Positions 48,551 to 61,859 of a DNA stretch of 64,000 nt are shown here, piece after piece. This stretch comes from Octopus vulgaris (lineage: Eukaryota). Where the stretch lies: positions 77,004,001-77,068,000 of the forward strand of contig OX597818.1 in the NCBI GenBank assembly GCA_951406725.2. Direction: 5' to 3'. The notes beneath the pieces were generated by a model. It saw only the letters and a list, made by a program, of their open reading frames with translations, was not told the DNA's origin and made no database searches. Numbering within the stretch: position 1 is the stretch's first letter; every line of letters starts with the position of its first letter. The position numbers and the translations under genes were made by a program.

Positions 48551-50084
48551 TGAAACTGTTGTTGATATAGTTGTAATATTTCTCAATAGCATAATCTATT
48601 ACCTGCTTTAACTACCTAACACCTTGGGTACCTTCGGCTGAGTCCACTTTGTTGCAAGTATTTTGGTTGGGTCATTATTTGAGTATAGTATCCCTAGCCC
48701 CCTCTTCCTTTTCACCAGTCTTAAAGATCCTGGAAAAGTTCAAGAATATTGCATCAACATAAAGAGGCTTTATATTTGTCTATAGTGATCTTATCATCAT
48801 CATAATATTCACTTTTCCATGTTCACATGGGTTGGACAGAATTTTTGTTGTAGTGGGTTTTCTACAGGTGGATACTCTTCCTGTTTCCAGGCAAGGCAAC
48901 ATTTCCCTGTGACCAGACACAGAAGATAAGAAACAAAGACACTGCATGCATTAAGGTGACACTTGCTTATAACTATCACGCAATATGAAGGCATGGAGAC
49001 AGTAACACACATAAACACATGTACACAGACTTATATGCACACACATACACCGTGGGTCTCCACAATGTTTCTGTCTGCCAAATCCATGCACAAGGCTTTA
49101 GTGAACCCAGAGTTTTAGTAGAAGACACTTGCCTAACGGGCCATGCAGTAGGACTGAACTCAAACCCATGTGGTTGGGAAACAAGCTTCTTATCACATGG
49201 CCACACCTGCACTTGTCATGTAACTTTATTGCCTTTCCTAGTATATAATCTTTAAAGTTGTTGAGGATATTGTCTTTGTGTTATCCTTATCGCCACTTTA
49301 TGTATTTGTATTTTTTCAATGCTGGTGAAGGGTTAGAGAAATTTTGATGGCAGTTTCAATTTAAATCAGTTTAAAGCAGGAATTTTGTGTCATAGAATGT
49401 AGGGCATTCTCAGATGAGCTGGTATCAAAAAGTTAATAGAATCTCAGATGATCACATTTCCAACTTTAAGACTAGTTTTAGTTTAGCCCCAGTTAATTGA
49501 CTTTATTACAAGACCTTCCAGTGTTGCAATAGTGTTATAAGTTCTCAAAGAACCTACTCCGAAAACCTTGTCTTCATTTTTATTTGAAATTATTGTATTA
49601 ATATAACTGTATTATCTACACAACAGTCAATACTGCCTCATACAATATGTCTCTGTTTTAAAAATCTCATTATGAAAGATCTTAGTTAGTGGGGTGTTTT
49701 TCCATACAAGTTTTAAACATTTTGTCAACACCAATCTTACGTTATGTAATTAAGACATGCCTTACTTAGCTCAGATTACTTAACTGATAATCAAAACATG
49801 CTTTGAAATAGGCAATAAGTGGTTGGTATTAAGCATTAGCCTGGTTTTTTTCTTAATGTCATATAAGTGACCTGGTTGGATATATATCATGGTATATTAC
49901 CAGCTCATTACTCTTTTGATAATCTATTGTTTTTTTTGTTTTTGTTTTTTATTGTCACTGGGCAGGTTTTTTGTTTACTTAGCTATTACTAGTAGGAATC
50001 AGCTTTCTGAGAATGTAATCTATAGTACTGACATCCTATCCTAGAGATGATGATTTTCTCATCTACTTATTATCATATATCTAT

Positions 50085-50530
50085 TAGAATACACTGCTTT
50101 TGTTTCAGTTACTTTTGAAAATAATAAAGAGTTTAGTAAAATAACTGTCATTATTAATGTGGTGTTTGGAACATAAATTAAAATGAAATTTTGATGGAAG
50201 GTTTGAACTTAAATCACATTAAACCTTTAGTAACCATATTTCCTTTGTAATACACTACCTTTCATTCAATTTTTAAGAAATGAAGAATTTAATAAAATAA
50301 CTTTGTCATTATTAACCCCTTTGTTACTGTACTACTGTTCAAATGGCTTTGTTTCAATTAATTCTGAGAATAAAGAAGATAGTGTAAAATAACTTTGTAA
50401 TTTTTAAGCTAGATTTTGGAACATAGATTAACATGGAGTTTTGATAGGTTTTAATTAAGATCATTTTAAAACAAAAAGTTTGTATCATAGACCCAAGGGT
50501 GGTCTTTGAGCAGACTGGTATGAAGAGGTT
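50085..50530. mobile_element. Tandem/nested piggyBac-end MITE remnants
   Basis: Three repeats of ATACACT..CTTTGTTTCAATTA.TTTTGAAAATAAT.AAGA..TTAGTAAAATAACT with TTAACCCCTTTGTTAC-type ends. Related copies lie at ~34440-34620 and ~61100-61360. Confidence 0.6.
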
Positions 50531-50619
50531 TTACATTTCTGAATCTGGAGTCTTTGCACGTATTTTATCAACATGTCTGGATATATATATATATATATCT
50601 ATATATATATATATATATA

Positions 50620-51055
50620 TCGAAATTGAACCAATCCTATGACTGGCACCCGGCAGATGCCAGGACCCCTGGACTGGAGATACGTAAAAAGCACTATCCG
50701 AATCGTGGCCGATGCCAGCACCGCCTCGACTGGCTTCCGTGTCGGTGGCACGTAAAAAGCACCATCCGAATCATGGCCGAAGCCAGTGCTGCCTCGACTG
50801 GCTTCCGTGCAGGTGGCACGTAAAATGCACCAATCCGACCGTGGCCGATGCCAGCCTCGCCTGGCACCAGTGCAGGTGGCACGTAAAAAGCACCCACTAC
50901 ACTCACGGAGTGGTTGCCGTTAGGAAGGGCATCCAGCTGTAGAAACATTGCCAGATAAGACCGGAGCCTGGTGCAGCCTTCTGGCTTCCCAGATCCCCGG
51001 TCGAACCGTCCAACCCATGCTAGCATGGAGAATGGAAGTTAAACGATGATGATGA

Positions 51056-51056
<1 letters not shown>
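50620..51056 (+). mobile_element. Young RTE 3' tail in (TA)n
   Basis: Very similar reverse complement of 26131-26460, CpG-rich, with (TA)n on both sides. Confidence 0.9.
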
Positions 51057-51146
<90 letters not shown>

Positions 51147-52105
51147 ATATTGGTTTCAGCCATTGGAACTGTGGCCATTACTTGGGTAGTCAATTATATC
51201 AAACTGTATCTTATTAATCTTAGAAAGTTGACTTGTACAGGGTTTGAACTCAAAGCATGACTAAATGCCTACACCTCTTTTGTCTAATACTCTGCTGATG
51301 CTGTCATCCATCAACTATGGAGATGTTTATAGTTTTCATCTTACCAATTGTTCTGACATTGCTTCAGTTATTATTCACTCACATCTTGCTATTTCAATGA
51401 AGTTATTTTTTAAAGTATTGATAATTCGTTTGAAATTTTGGCATAAGACCAGCAATTTCTGGGGAGGGGTTAAGTTGATTTCATTGCCCCCCCCTCCCAT
51501 GCTCAACTGGTACTTATTTTATTGTTCCCAAAAGGATGAAAGGCAAAGTCGAAAATGGCAGTTTTTGTACTCAGAATGCAATATTGGAAGAAATGTTGCT
51601 AAACATTTTGTCTGACACAGCAATGATTTTTTTTTTACTGTAATTTTTAACTAGTAATTACGTTTTTTAAAGTAATTATTAGTTAATTATTGCTTCATTG
51701 TTTGACTTTGATTGCAAATTTTGAGCTGATATTTTAATATATAAATGATTTTACTAATTAACTAGGTCTAAGAATACAGTAGTAAAGTATGTAATTATCT
51801 AATTAATAGCCATGTACACATTAAATAAGTACTGGGATTGATTTGTTAGACTAAACTCAAGATGATGCCCCAGCGTAGTTGCAGTTCGTTAATAAGTCAA
51901 AAATAATAGGGTGTGTGTGTGTGCATATGTATATTATGATTTTGCTTAGGCAATAACCAGCTTTTAGACTTAAGTAAACTTATGTGCTTTAGAGTAGACC
52001 ATGATATCAATTAATAAATGGTTCTGAGGTTATAAGATGTTGCAAAATCAGCTGTAAGCTGAGTGGTTACATAACTCTTGTTCATTTGTCATTCATTAAT
52101 TGATA

Positions 52106-52137
<32 letters not shown>

Positions 52138-54034
52138 TGAGCGAGTCCTCTAGCTTGATAATGTTGTGTGTAAAAAACCAGTTGAATAAAAATACTCTAT
52201 TTGAAATTGGAAATGTTAGCAACAGAAAGAGCATCTGGCCATAGAATATTGCCTGCTTAAAAATAATCGGATGCAAAAATGCTGATGCTATATTTTGTTT
52301 GTGTATGGCTCGGTATTACTCATGAGAGAAGGCTGTACCTGTACCTCTGCTGCTCTTCAAAACAATTATTTATTCAGAGCTTCTTCATATCTTTGTATAT
52401 AACAAAAAATGGTTAGTAAAGGCTGGATTCTCCCTCACATTAAACAGGTACTCTTCCTGTCATCTCCGTATTTGATCCATACATACATTTAACAGTTCAC
52501 AACTTAGAAAAATGGTGTAGCTACAAGCAATTGAGTTTGGACATTTGTAGAGCCAATTTCAAAATAAACTAATGTGTCATCTTGGTTAACATTAGCTGGG
52601 AATGAGACCTCTTGTGGTCAACAATTATGTATCTCTCTCTGTATTATGGCCACAATACTATCATCATAGCTTCTTGCCTAATAATATACTATGAAAGGGG
52701 TTTTGGTACATAGCCAAAGAATAATTTAAAAAAATACACAGAATGAACAAGTGTTACAGTCTTCATGACAAGAAACCTGATACAAGCATGTTTAAAGATG
52801 TAATCTTTGGCAATATGACAGTAGAACTCTCATTTCATCACTTTTTTATATTTACTTTCTTTGTTGGTATGATGAGAAACTAAATAATGGTAGGACTGTC
52901 ATTCTAATTGAAATGGTGATAGGGCTGTCATACTTAGTTGCAATGGTGATAGAGCTATCGTACCAAGTTGAAATGGTGATAAAACTGTCGGATTGGGCAG
53001 GTCATCACAGTTTGACTTAGTTCTTATACTGAGTTTCTACATTCCTAGGTGGGTTGGTGGGCCCCATCTTGCTCTTACATTGCCTGTTTATTAGCTGTTA
53101 TTAATTGTTGTGTTGTCTATCAGCTAACCCAACTGCATTGATTGGCAAAAACTGTTAGGGTTTTTGGAGGAGGTGGGAGTGAATGCTTTGGGGTATTTGT
53201 TCCAGCTCTACATTCTGCATCTAATCATGTCACGGCTCACTTTACCTTTTGTCTTTCCTGGGTTGATAAAATAAAGTACATGTCAAGTATTAGGATTAAT
53301 AAAAGCCACTAAACCTCTCCCCCAAGTTCTGGCTTTCTGGCTATTTAAGAAATCATCATCTTCCTCAAGGGTTGTGGATTGGCTAGAACCACTAGAGCAT
53401 TGGAAAAATTTGTGGTATTTGTTTCAGCTCTTTATGTTCTGAGTTCAAATCCTGCTGAGATCAAATTTACCTTTCATCCCCTCAGAATTTATAAAATAGG
53501 GACCCGTCAAGCAATGAAATTGATTTAACTGAGTATCCTTTCCCTCAAAAATTGCTGGCTATGTGCCTCAATTCAAAATTATTATTATAATCAGCAGGAT
53601 GCACATCATATCACTCATGAGTTTGTTAGTCTGTTTATAAATTCGAGTGTTGTTCATCATCGTTTAATGTTTGCCTTCCATGCTAGCATGGGTTGGATGG
53701 TTCGATAGGATCTAGCCAGGTAGAAGACTACCCCAGGCTACTGTCTGTTTTGGCATGGATTTTATTGCTGGATGCCCTTCTTAACATCAACCACCCCGCA
53801 GAGTGGACTGAATGCTTTTTATGTGGCACTAGCACAGGCGAGGTCAGTTTTGGCATGGTTTTTATAGCTGGATGCTCTTCCAAATGCCAACTGCTTCATA
53901 GTGTGAACTGAATGTTTTTTATGTGTTCTAAATCATTTGTTAAAGACCACCAGATTGGTTTGATTTTTTTTCTGTTTGCCCCTTTGAGGTGCAATTTTGA
54001 AAGAAAATTTCAAAATTTTTGTTTTGAAAAATAA

Positions 54035-54698
54035 TTACCATGCACACATAGGCAAAAGCAGGGTATCATAATCACTCATTTTTGTCTGTTTGTGTGCTTG
54101 CAAAATTACTGGAAAACAACTGAATGAATTTTCACTAAATTTGGCAGAAATACTCATTGGGTGAGTGGCTTGAAATGATGAAAATTTGGTTTGATTATCT
54201 TCAAACATACATAAATACACACATAGATATGTGTGCGTGCATGTGTGTACAGTGATGGATTTGAGGATTTCATTTATTTATGAGTTGATTTCTTAATTTC
54301 ACCTGAGTATAAATACCTATAATGGTGAAACACTTCTCAAATTCTCTGCAATATTTTCTTTAAGTATTTCATATGAATTGATCCTCATCTGTATTGCATA
54401 GATACACTATGGTGTACCTATGCTCATAGACACGTGAGTACATACATACATTCATAAACACATACATAGATATGTGGCTCTGCGTGTATGTGTGTACAGT
54501 GGTGGATTGAAGGGTTCATTTATTTACGAGTTGATTTGTTAATTTCACTGGAGTATAAATACCTATTATGGTGATATTTAAAAAAAAATTCAGTTAATTA
54601 AAAAGCATGGGTAAGCAACGCATTGTAAGACACTATAATTTGCAAAAAAGTTTTTCTGCATGCAGGGTATGCATCGCCCCTCTGATAGCATTTTTGTT
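54035..54698. mobile_element. Helentron/HINE non-autonomous element
   Basis: Homologous to 42208-43020. 3' subterminal TGCATGCAGGGT plus a hairpin-like end, with an internal duplication of ~130 bp. Confidence 0.6.
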
Positions 54699-54716
54699 CA
54701 TTTATTACTATTAGTA

Positions 54717-55330
54717 TTAAGGTGGCAAGCTGGCAGAATTGCTAGTACATTGAACAAAATGCTTAGCAGTGTTTCTTCCAGCTTTACATTCACAGTTCAA
54801 ATGCTGCCAAGTTTGACTTTGCATTTCATTCTTTTAGGATCCATAAAATAAGCTGAACATTAGACTCAATATCCCCATCTCCCAAAATTTCAAGCCTTGT
54901 AGTAGAAAAGATTATTACTATTATTATTATTATTATTATTATTATTATGGCAGAATAGTTAGCACAATGGGTAAAATGCTTAGCGGTATTTTGACTGCCG
55001 CTACGTTCTGAGTTCAAATTCCACTGAGGTCAAAACTTTACCTTTCATCCTTTCGGGGTCGATAAATTAAGTACCAGTGAAACACTGGGATTGATATAAT
55101 CGACTAGTCCCCTCCTTGCTAAATTTCAGGTCTTGTGCCTTCAGTGGTAAGGATTATTGTTATTAAGACAGCAAACTGGCAGAATCAACTTTACCTTTCA
55201 TCCTTTCAGGATCGATAAAATAATGTACCAGTCAAGCACTGGGGTTGATGTAATCAAATTTCAGGCCTTGTTATTATCATAATTATTATTATTATAATTA
55301 TTATTAATTATTATTATTATTATTATTATT
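54717..55330 (+). mobile_element. Tandem Meta-domain-like SINEs ending in (TTA)n
   Basis: Three successive GGCAGAAT...CTTTCATCCTTTCGGGGTCGATAAA...GGCCTTG copies. Confidence 0.8.
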
Positions 55331-55334
55331 CCAG

Positions 55335-55444
55335 GCACATTACTTGCAAGTGGTTCAGATGATTTGAACATTGTTTTATGGAATTGGGTTCAAAGTCGGC
55401 CAGCTTTAGTATTTGACAGCGGACATCGTAGTAATATTTTTCAG
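55335..55444 (+). CDS. DCAF8: DCAF8-like coding exon 2 (WD40)
   Basis: CCAG| ... CAG|GTATGT. Translates (G)[36 protein letters not shown], in phase with the preceding exon. Confidence 0.95.
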
Positions 55445-56396
55445 GTATGTCTTAACATTTTATGTTTTAAGAAAGAAAATAAAGATACTATTTCACATAT
55501 TTAAATTATCTATCTCTCTATCTATATAAACATCCATCTCCTCCTTATTGCATGAGACTTTGAATGTTTACATATGAATTTAGAGCAGCTTCTATCGTGG
55601 TTTTGTTGGGCTTGGTTGAATGTTATTCTCACACCTAGCTGTTCAGTTTTCTAGCCAAGAAGACTGGTACTTGGCCACAAATATGTAAGGGAAGGGTATA
55701 GTTATTTACACACACACACACACACGTTCACACACTTGATAATAACTATATCTAAACTGCTATGTCTTCCAGTTATCAAGTTGCTATCTCTTTCGTGAGC
55801 TGTAGCCAGCGAGGAGGCTATTACGTAGTTGCTTAACCCATTAGAAAAAGCAGCCAAGCTTCTTTCTCTCAATAAAGGAAGGTTACATTGAGTATTGTAA
55901 TCCTGGATATATTGTATTTGAATAAAACATGAGACGGCCATAATTGGAACACCTTTGATCATAGGTCTGCTAGATCAGAACTGCCTTGAAGCTGGACAAC
56001 TACAAGTTTATAATTTTTTTAAAATTTAACTTTCTGATTGAGACATTTTATTTTCAAACCATCATATTATTCTAGCATGATTAATTCTCTTTAATTAATT
56101 AGGTCCTCTAATCACTTTACATTTAGTCATCTTTATTGATCTACATCGATTGATATTATTCTGGTTCATCAATAATCTGAGTTGATACACTGCCACACTA
56201 CAAACTAATGGAACAATAGTTTTTACTTCACATCACCAGCCAAACACTGTCTTTATTAGTTCAGTCCACCTAGCTATACATAGGTTCCATCTACCAACTA
56301 CAGCTCACTATATAATTAGATATTTCACTATCTAGCAGTTGTAAGTTCAAGTTCTCCATTAGTTTTCAAGAAGTGAATAAAAGATTGCATTAATAT

Positions 56397-56690
56397 CCAG
56401 GTTCAAGGGGGAAGTGAACAAGAGGTTTATGGTAGTACCCAGATTCAGTGAGGAAGTGAACAAGAGATTACAGCAGTACACAGGTTCAAAGAAGAAGTGA
56501 ACAAGAGGTTTATTGTAGTACCTAGATTCAATGAAGAAGTGAACGAGAGTACAGCAGTACTCCGGTTCAATGGATAAATGAACAAGAAGTTTATGGCATA
56601 TGACTCCTGTTCAACAAGGAAGTAAATGAGGTTTACAGCAGAGCCCAGGTTAAATGCCTAAGTGAATAGCAGTTTATTGCAGTGTCCAAG
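56397..56690. repeat. ~41-42-bp tandem repeat, about 7 units
   Basis: CCAGGTTCAA.G.GGAAGTGAACAAGAG.TT(TATGG/ACAGC).AGTAC, with alternating unit types. Confidence 0.85.
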
Positions 56691-56848
56691 TAGCTTTATA
56701 TATCTGTGTCAGGACATAGTTCAGATTTGAACTGTGTATGATCTGAGCTGATGTAGTGTTGTTATAAACTGCTGAAGTTTTGTTATAATGTACCAGTATC
56801 CACTATCAGCCAGGTGAATTTCTTAACCAGGCTCTGTAACAATATTTC

Positions 56849-57220
56849 TGGCATAGCTCTGTAGTTAAGAAGCTTGCTTCCCAACCATGTGGTCTTGGGG
56901 TTCAAGTCACACTGCACAGCACCTTGGGCAAGTGTCTTATAGAACCTTGTTAGTGGATTTGGTAGACAGAAACTAAAAGATGTCCATCATGTGTGCATAT
57001 GTGTATGTCTTTGTATTTGTGTTTGTCCCCCACCACCACCACTTGACAACTGGTGTTTCTCTAACTCACTGTAACTTAGTGGTTCAGCAAAAAGAGACCG
57101 ACAGAATAAGCACCAGTCTTTAAAATAACACTGAAGTTGATTTATTCAACTAAAACCCTTCAAAGTAGTGCCTCAGCATGGCTGCGATCCAAAGAGTGAA
57201 ACAGTAAAAGATAAAAGAAT
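56849..57220 (+). mobile_element. tRNA-derived SINE copy
   Basis: Head, CACCTTGGGCAAGTG and tail as in the other copies. Confidence 0.8.
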
Positions 57221-57867
57221 ACTGAAGAGTTTTCCTGGCACTGGTTCTACACCATTTAGTCTTATCTCTGTTTTTGTGTGTGTGTGTATGGTGGGCTTTG
57301 CTATTGTTCACAAGAGCTGAATATTCTTTGATTGTAAAGATTGTGGATAAGTGAGGTTGGTTCTGTTAATTTCGAGTGCAATTTAATGTAATGTGATGAT
57401 GAACTCTTGGGAGGTGGTGGACATGCTGTAGAATGGTAGAGGATATTTCTTGAGTGGGGAGTAGTGACTTAAGAATAGCAAGAAGGGTTTGGAGAGAGAG
57501 AGAGAGAAAATGGTTGCTGGATGTGCGCATCTTGTAGACCATTCTCTGATAATCTCAAGTTGAATGATCCAACTTACTATTGTTCTATCCTCATCTATAA
57601 AATGAATCGGTTTAAGTGCTTTGATAACCTGTTGTGGCTCACCCAATCTCTCTCGAAACATAGATGCAACACAATACTGTATGTAATATTTCACCTGTAC
57701 AAACTCCTCTCCTCATCTAAATGCCATTAATTAGTTGTTAGTGCTCTTAGTTTAGTCGAAAGTAATTAGCTCAGTTGTTATGCATTTCTTAACAAAAATT
57801 AAAATAAAAGCATTTAAATTTCTTCTCATCTTTTTAAGTCAAACATATAAAATTTAAAACAGTTCAT

Positions 57868-57900
<33 letters not shown>

Positions 57901-57902
<2 letters not shown>

Positions 57903-58363
57903 AAAGAGTACAGAAGCTGGCTACCCACATGGTTCTTCGTCTCAAGTATTTGTCTTATGAAGAAAGGCTGAAGACACTCGAACTTTATTCTCTAGAAAAA
58001 CGACTACGCCGTGGTGATCTGATTCTTGCTCACAACATCATAAGTGGAAAGTGTAACCTCTCGAAAGAGCTGTTCTTCACTCCTGTTCCAGAGCGTCGGC
58101 TGCGGGGTCACTCCGAAAAGCTCTATCTGCGACGATTTCATCTCAATCGAAGGAGAGGGGCTTTCTCTGTCTGGGTTGTGGATCCGTGGAATAAGCTGCC
58201 GGACGAGATAGTGAAGATGCCGACGACCGCTTGGTTGAAAGTCTCTCTTGACCAGAAATGGCCTGAACTCTTTGCATGAACACCCTTCCTGTACATAACT
58301 CCATGTCCCCCTACATGGCCTTGCTTTTTGCTTTTTGAGCCAAAAAATTAACTTAACTTAACT
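57901..58363 (+). mobile_element. 5'-truncated CR1-clade LINE
   Basis: VQKLAT.MV...LSYEERLKTLELYSLEKRLRRGDLI...RGHSEKL...FS..VV..WNKLP is a CR1 ORF2 C-terminus. A (TAACT)n-like tail follows, and (TA)n precedes it. Confidence 0.9.
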
Positions 58364-58423
58364 ATATGTCTCTTTACTTATCTATCTAATGTGATTTTTA
58401 TCTTTTGTGTTTGTTATTTTCAG

Positions 58424-58564
58424 GCCAAGTTCATGCCATTTAGTGGAGATTGCCATGTAGTAAGCTGTGCTCGTGATGGTCAGGTACGCCTGGCAGAGCT
58501 TTCACTGACAGGCGTATGTAAAGGTACAAAGAAACTAGCAGTCCATAGAGGAGCTGCCCATAAG
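58424..58564 (+). CDS. DCAF8: DCAF8-like coding exon 3 (WD40)
   Basis: TTTTCAG| ... AAG|GTAATT. Translates AKFMPFSGDCHVVSCARDGQVRLAELSLTGVCKGTKKLAVHRGAAHK (47 codons, phase 0/0). Confidence 0.95.
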
Positions 58565-58747
58565 GTAATTATAATCCTGCATGTATTATTTGAAAGAGAT
58601 GTTAGTCTGACATATTCACTATAACACATTTAGCTGTTATATCTTAATAAATGTCTTCATACTTAATCATTTTGTAAAGGCTTCATTTATTTTAAAGGTA
58701 GTTCTCATTATAAAACTGATTTTTACTGTTATAATAATAATAGTAAT

Positions 58748-59510
58748 CATCATTTAATGTCCACTTTCCATGCTGGCATGGATTAAATGCTTTGACTGAG
58801 GACTGGCAAGCTAGGAGGCTGCACCAGGCTCCAATCTGATCTGGCAAGGTTTCTACAGCTGGATGCCTTTCCTAACGCCAACCACTCCGAGAGTATGGTG
58901 GGTGCGTTTTCTATGTCACCGGTACGGGGGCTAGTCAGGCGGCACTGGCATCAGCCATGCTCGAATGGTGCTTTTTATGTGTCACCAGCGTGAGAGCCAG
59001 TCAGGCGGCACTGGTATAAGCCATGCTCAAATGGTGCTTTTTATGCGCTGCTAGCATAATTGCCTGACAATTGAAGGGTACTTTTAAATGGGCTGGTTAT
59101 GCGACACTGGTACCAACCACGGCTACAATCTCAATTGGCTTGCTGGCTATTCTCAAGCACAGCATATCTCCAAAGGTCTCAGTTGCTTGTCATTACCTCT
59201 GTGAGGCCCAATGTTTGAAGCTCTTGCTTCACCACCTCATCCCATGTCTTCCTGGGTCCACCTCTTTCACAGGTTCCCTCCACTGTTAGGATGTGACACT
59301 TCTTCATGCAGCTGTCCCCATCCATACGTAACACATGATCATACCAGCGCAGTCGTCTCTCTTGTGCCCCACATTTGATGCTTCTTTTGTCCAACTTTTC
59401 TCTCAGGGCGTTTATACTCTGTCATGTATACACATCCAGCAGAGCTTACTAGCTTCCTTTCTTTCAAGCTTATGCATGCCATCAGCAGTCACAGCCCATG
59501 TTTCACTGCT
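58748..59510 (-). mobile_element. 5'-truncated RTE 3' end
   Basis: QERRLRWYDHV...GGPRKTWDEVVK plus 3'UTR units and tail. Confidence 0.9.
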
Positions 59511-60209
59511 ATGTATAATAATGATAATCATAATAATCATCATCGTCATGCTTGATTGGGTCATTCTTTGGCTGGATGCTCTTCATGTCTCTCACCCTCA
59601 ACTTTTATCAAGTAAAATAATATTACTCCTGATCCTTCAAACATTGATTAGATCAATGACTGAATGTGTTTTCAAGGAATATTGTAAATAAATGACTTTG
59701 TTTGTTTGAAGAGTGACTATTATTTCAATATAGCATTCAAGTGTCAAGTTATGAAAAAACACAAAAATCACACAAACAAACACTCATACACAGATGATGA
59801 TGATAATATATATATTTATATATTTATGAAGTTCACCTTAGTTTTAATGTCCACTTTTCTATGCTTGCATGTGTGTGATGGAGTTTTATTGAGGCAGAGT
59901 TACTATAGCTGGATGGTCTTCCTGTTGCCAACCCTTATCTATTTCTAAGCAAGGTAATATTTCCCCATGCCTAGACATGTTTTTGCAGAATACTGGAAAT
60001 GAGTTAAATTGCTTCTATGACAATAATATGCATTAACAACTATCTTGTTATATTAAAACAAGGACACACACAAACATGAACATAAACACAACAGACTTCT
60101 TTTGGTTTCTCATCTACCAAATCTATTGACAAAGCTTTCGTTGGCTTAGGTCTATAGTAGATACTTGCCTAAGGTACTACACTGTGTAACTGAACCTGAA
60201 ACCATGTGG

Positions 60210-60960
60210 TTTATAGCAAGAGTGATGTGTTTAATCTTTGCCTGCATGAAAGGAAGTACATTCTATAGTACTTGTGTGCACCACCATAATTGCAACCACA
60301 GGTCCCCTGCTTCGACCTTCCGCAAACGACCTTCCACCAATGCCCTTGAGCCAGCAAAAAGAGTTTGACCAAAGCACGCATCAAGGCGCCCATGTACACA
60401 CATGCACACCACCCCCAGCATATATCCCTTCACACAAATTGTACCCCTATATATACACAGATCCACACACATTACACACTGCATGCTAACATAACCCCAC
60501 CTCCACGACTTTATCCTTTACAGAAAAAAAACAGACCAATGAACACAGCTATATATACCTACACCCCAGAAAAAAATTATACATATGACACTGCTTCACA
60601 TACACACACCCCATCCCCACAGGAGCACCACATTAATAATACACACTTTCCCCACTTGCAGCATACCCAACCAAGGGATGTAACACCTAAACTAATCCCT
60701 GAACCTTTTTCTTTCCACCACCTTTTTCACAGCAGCTGCTAACCAGTTGTGCTAATTCACCTCCAACTAATAGAGAGCAGTCACCATATTCCCTTCCATG
60801 TCGGCTAACTCTGATGAGCGTAAAGTTATAACAAACTATGACAAAGAAACCCTCGCGCGAAATACCTTTATATATCTTCCCTGTCTTTCTCTTGACTGAT
60901 TTATCTCTTTTCTTTTTGTCTCTCTTTTTATAACAATGTGAGATAATTATGAAATCCTGA
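60210..60960 (+). mobile_element. Penelope-like element 3' end (GIY-YIG C-terminus + hammerhead relic)
   Basis: YSKSDVFNLCLHERKYIL (cf. PLE C.LC..EK..I), an AC-rich tract, then CTGATGA-GCG...CGC-GAAA at 60811-60862. Confidence 0.65.
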
Positions 60961-61859
60961 ATTGCTTTGCACCAATGAGATTCAAGTAAATCAAAACTGC
61001 TGTATATGAGTATTGAAGAATTTTATGGTTGAATATGAATATTAAAGACTTTATAAATAAAATGAAAACAAAAAAGTAAAACAAAAAAGAAAATTCGATT
61101 AATCCTTTCATTACCATATTTTAGTTGAAATATAATGCCTTCCTTTCAATTAATTTTGAAAAAAACAAAAAATACTAAGAGTTAAAAATACACTGCTTTT
61201 TGTTTCAATTTATTTTGAAAATAATAAAGAATGTACTGAAATAGTTTTGTCATTAAGCTGGTGTTTGGGACATAAATTAACATAATATTTTAATGGAAGG
61301 CTTAAACAAAAAGTTTGTATCATAGAGCCAAGGGTTGTCTCATACTTGTTAAAGTGTTAAATACATACTGATTATTTGGTACACTCTATCAAACTCCAAT
61401 TTGCTTCACTAATGTAAAACTTAAATATTATTGATGTCGGGAAAGCTGATTCTCTCCCTTGCAATGGTAATGATTAATGCATAACCAATGACGCAGCATT
61501 GAGTTTATACATCCATTTAACTATCTTTTATCTTTTAGCTATAGTCAATTCATTTGACTAATTTCTAGTCAAATGAATTGACCCCAGTTTTTTTTTTTTT
61601 TGTTTTTGTTTGTTTTTTTTTTGTTAAGCTTGGTACTTATTCTATTGGTCTTTTTTGCCAAATTGCTTTGATGGGCTTCTTTCAGTTTCTGTCTACCAAA
61701 TCCACTCACATGGCTTTGGTCAGCCCAATGCTATATTAAAAGACACTTGCCCAAGGTGCCACGCAGTGGCACTGAGTCCAGAGCCATGTGGTTGGGAAGC
61801 AAACTTCCTTCCACACAGCCACATCTGTGCTATAGCTAAGTCAGACATAACAAAATTTC

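Noticed and set aside
56397-56690. CRISPR-like array (also considered for 48200-48550 and 41570-41960)
   Set aside because: The context is eukaryotic, there are no unique spacers and no cas genes. These are contiguous degenerate tandem repeats.
56849-56920. tRNA genes at A-box/B-box motifs
   Set aside because: No complete cloverleaf is present, and each motif continues into a SINE body.
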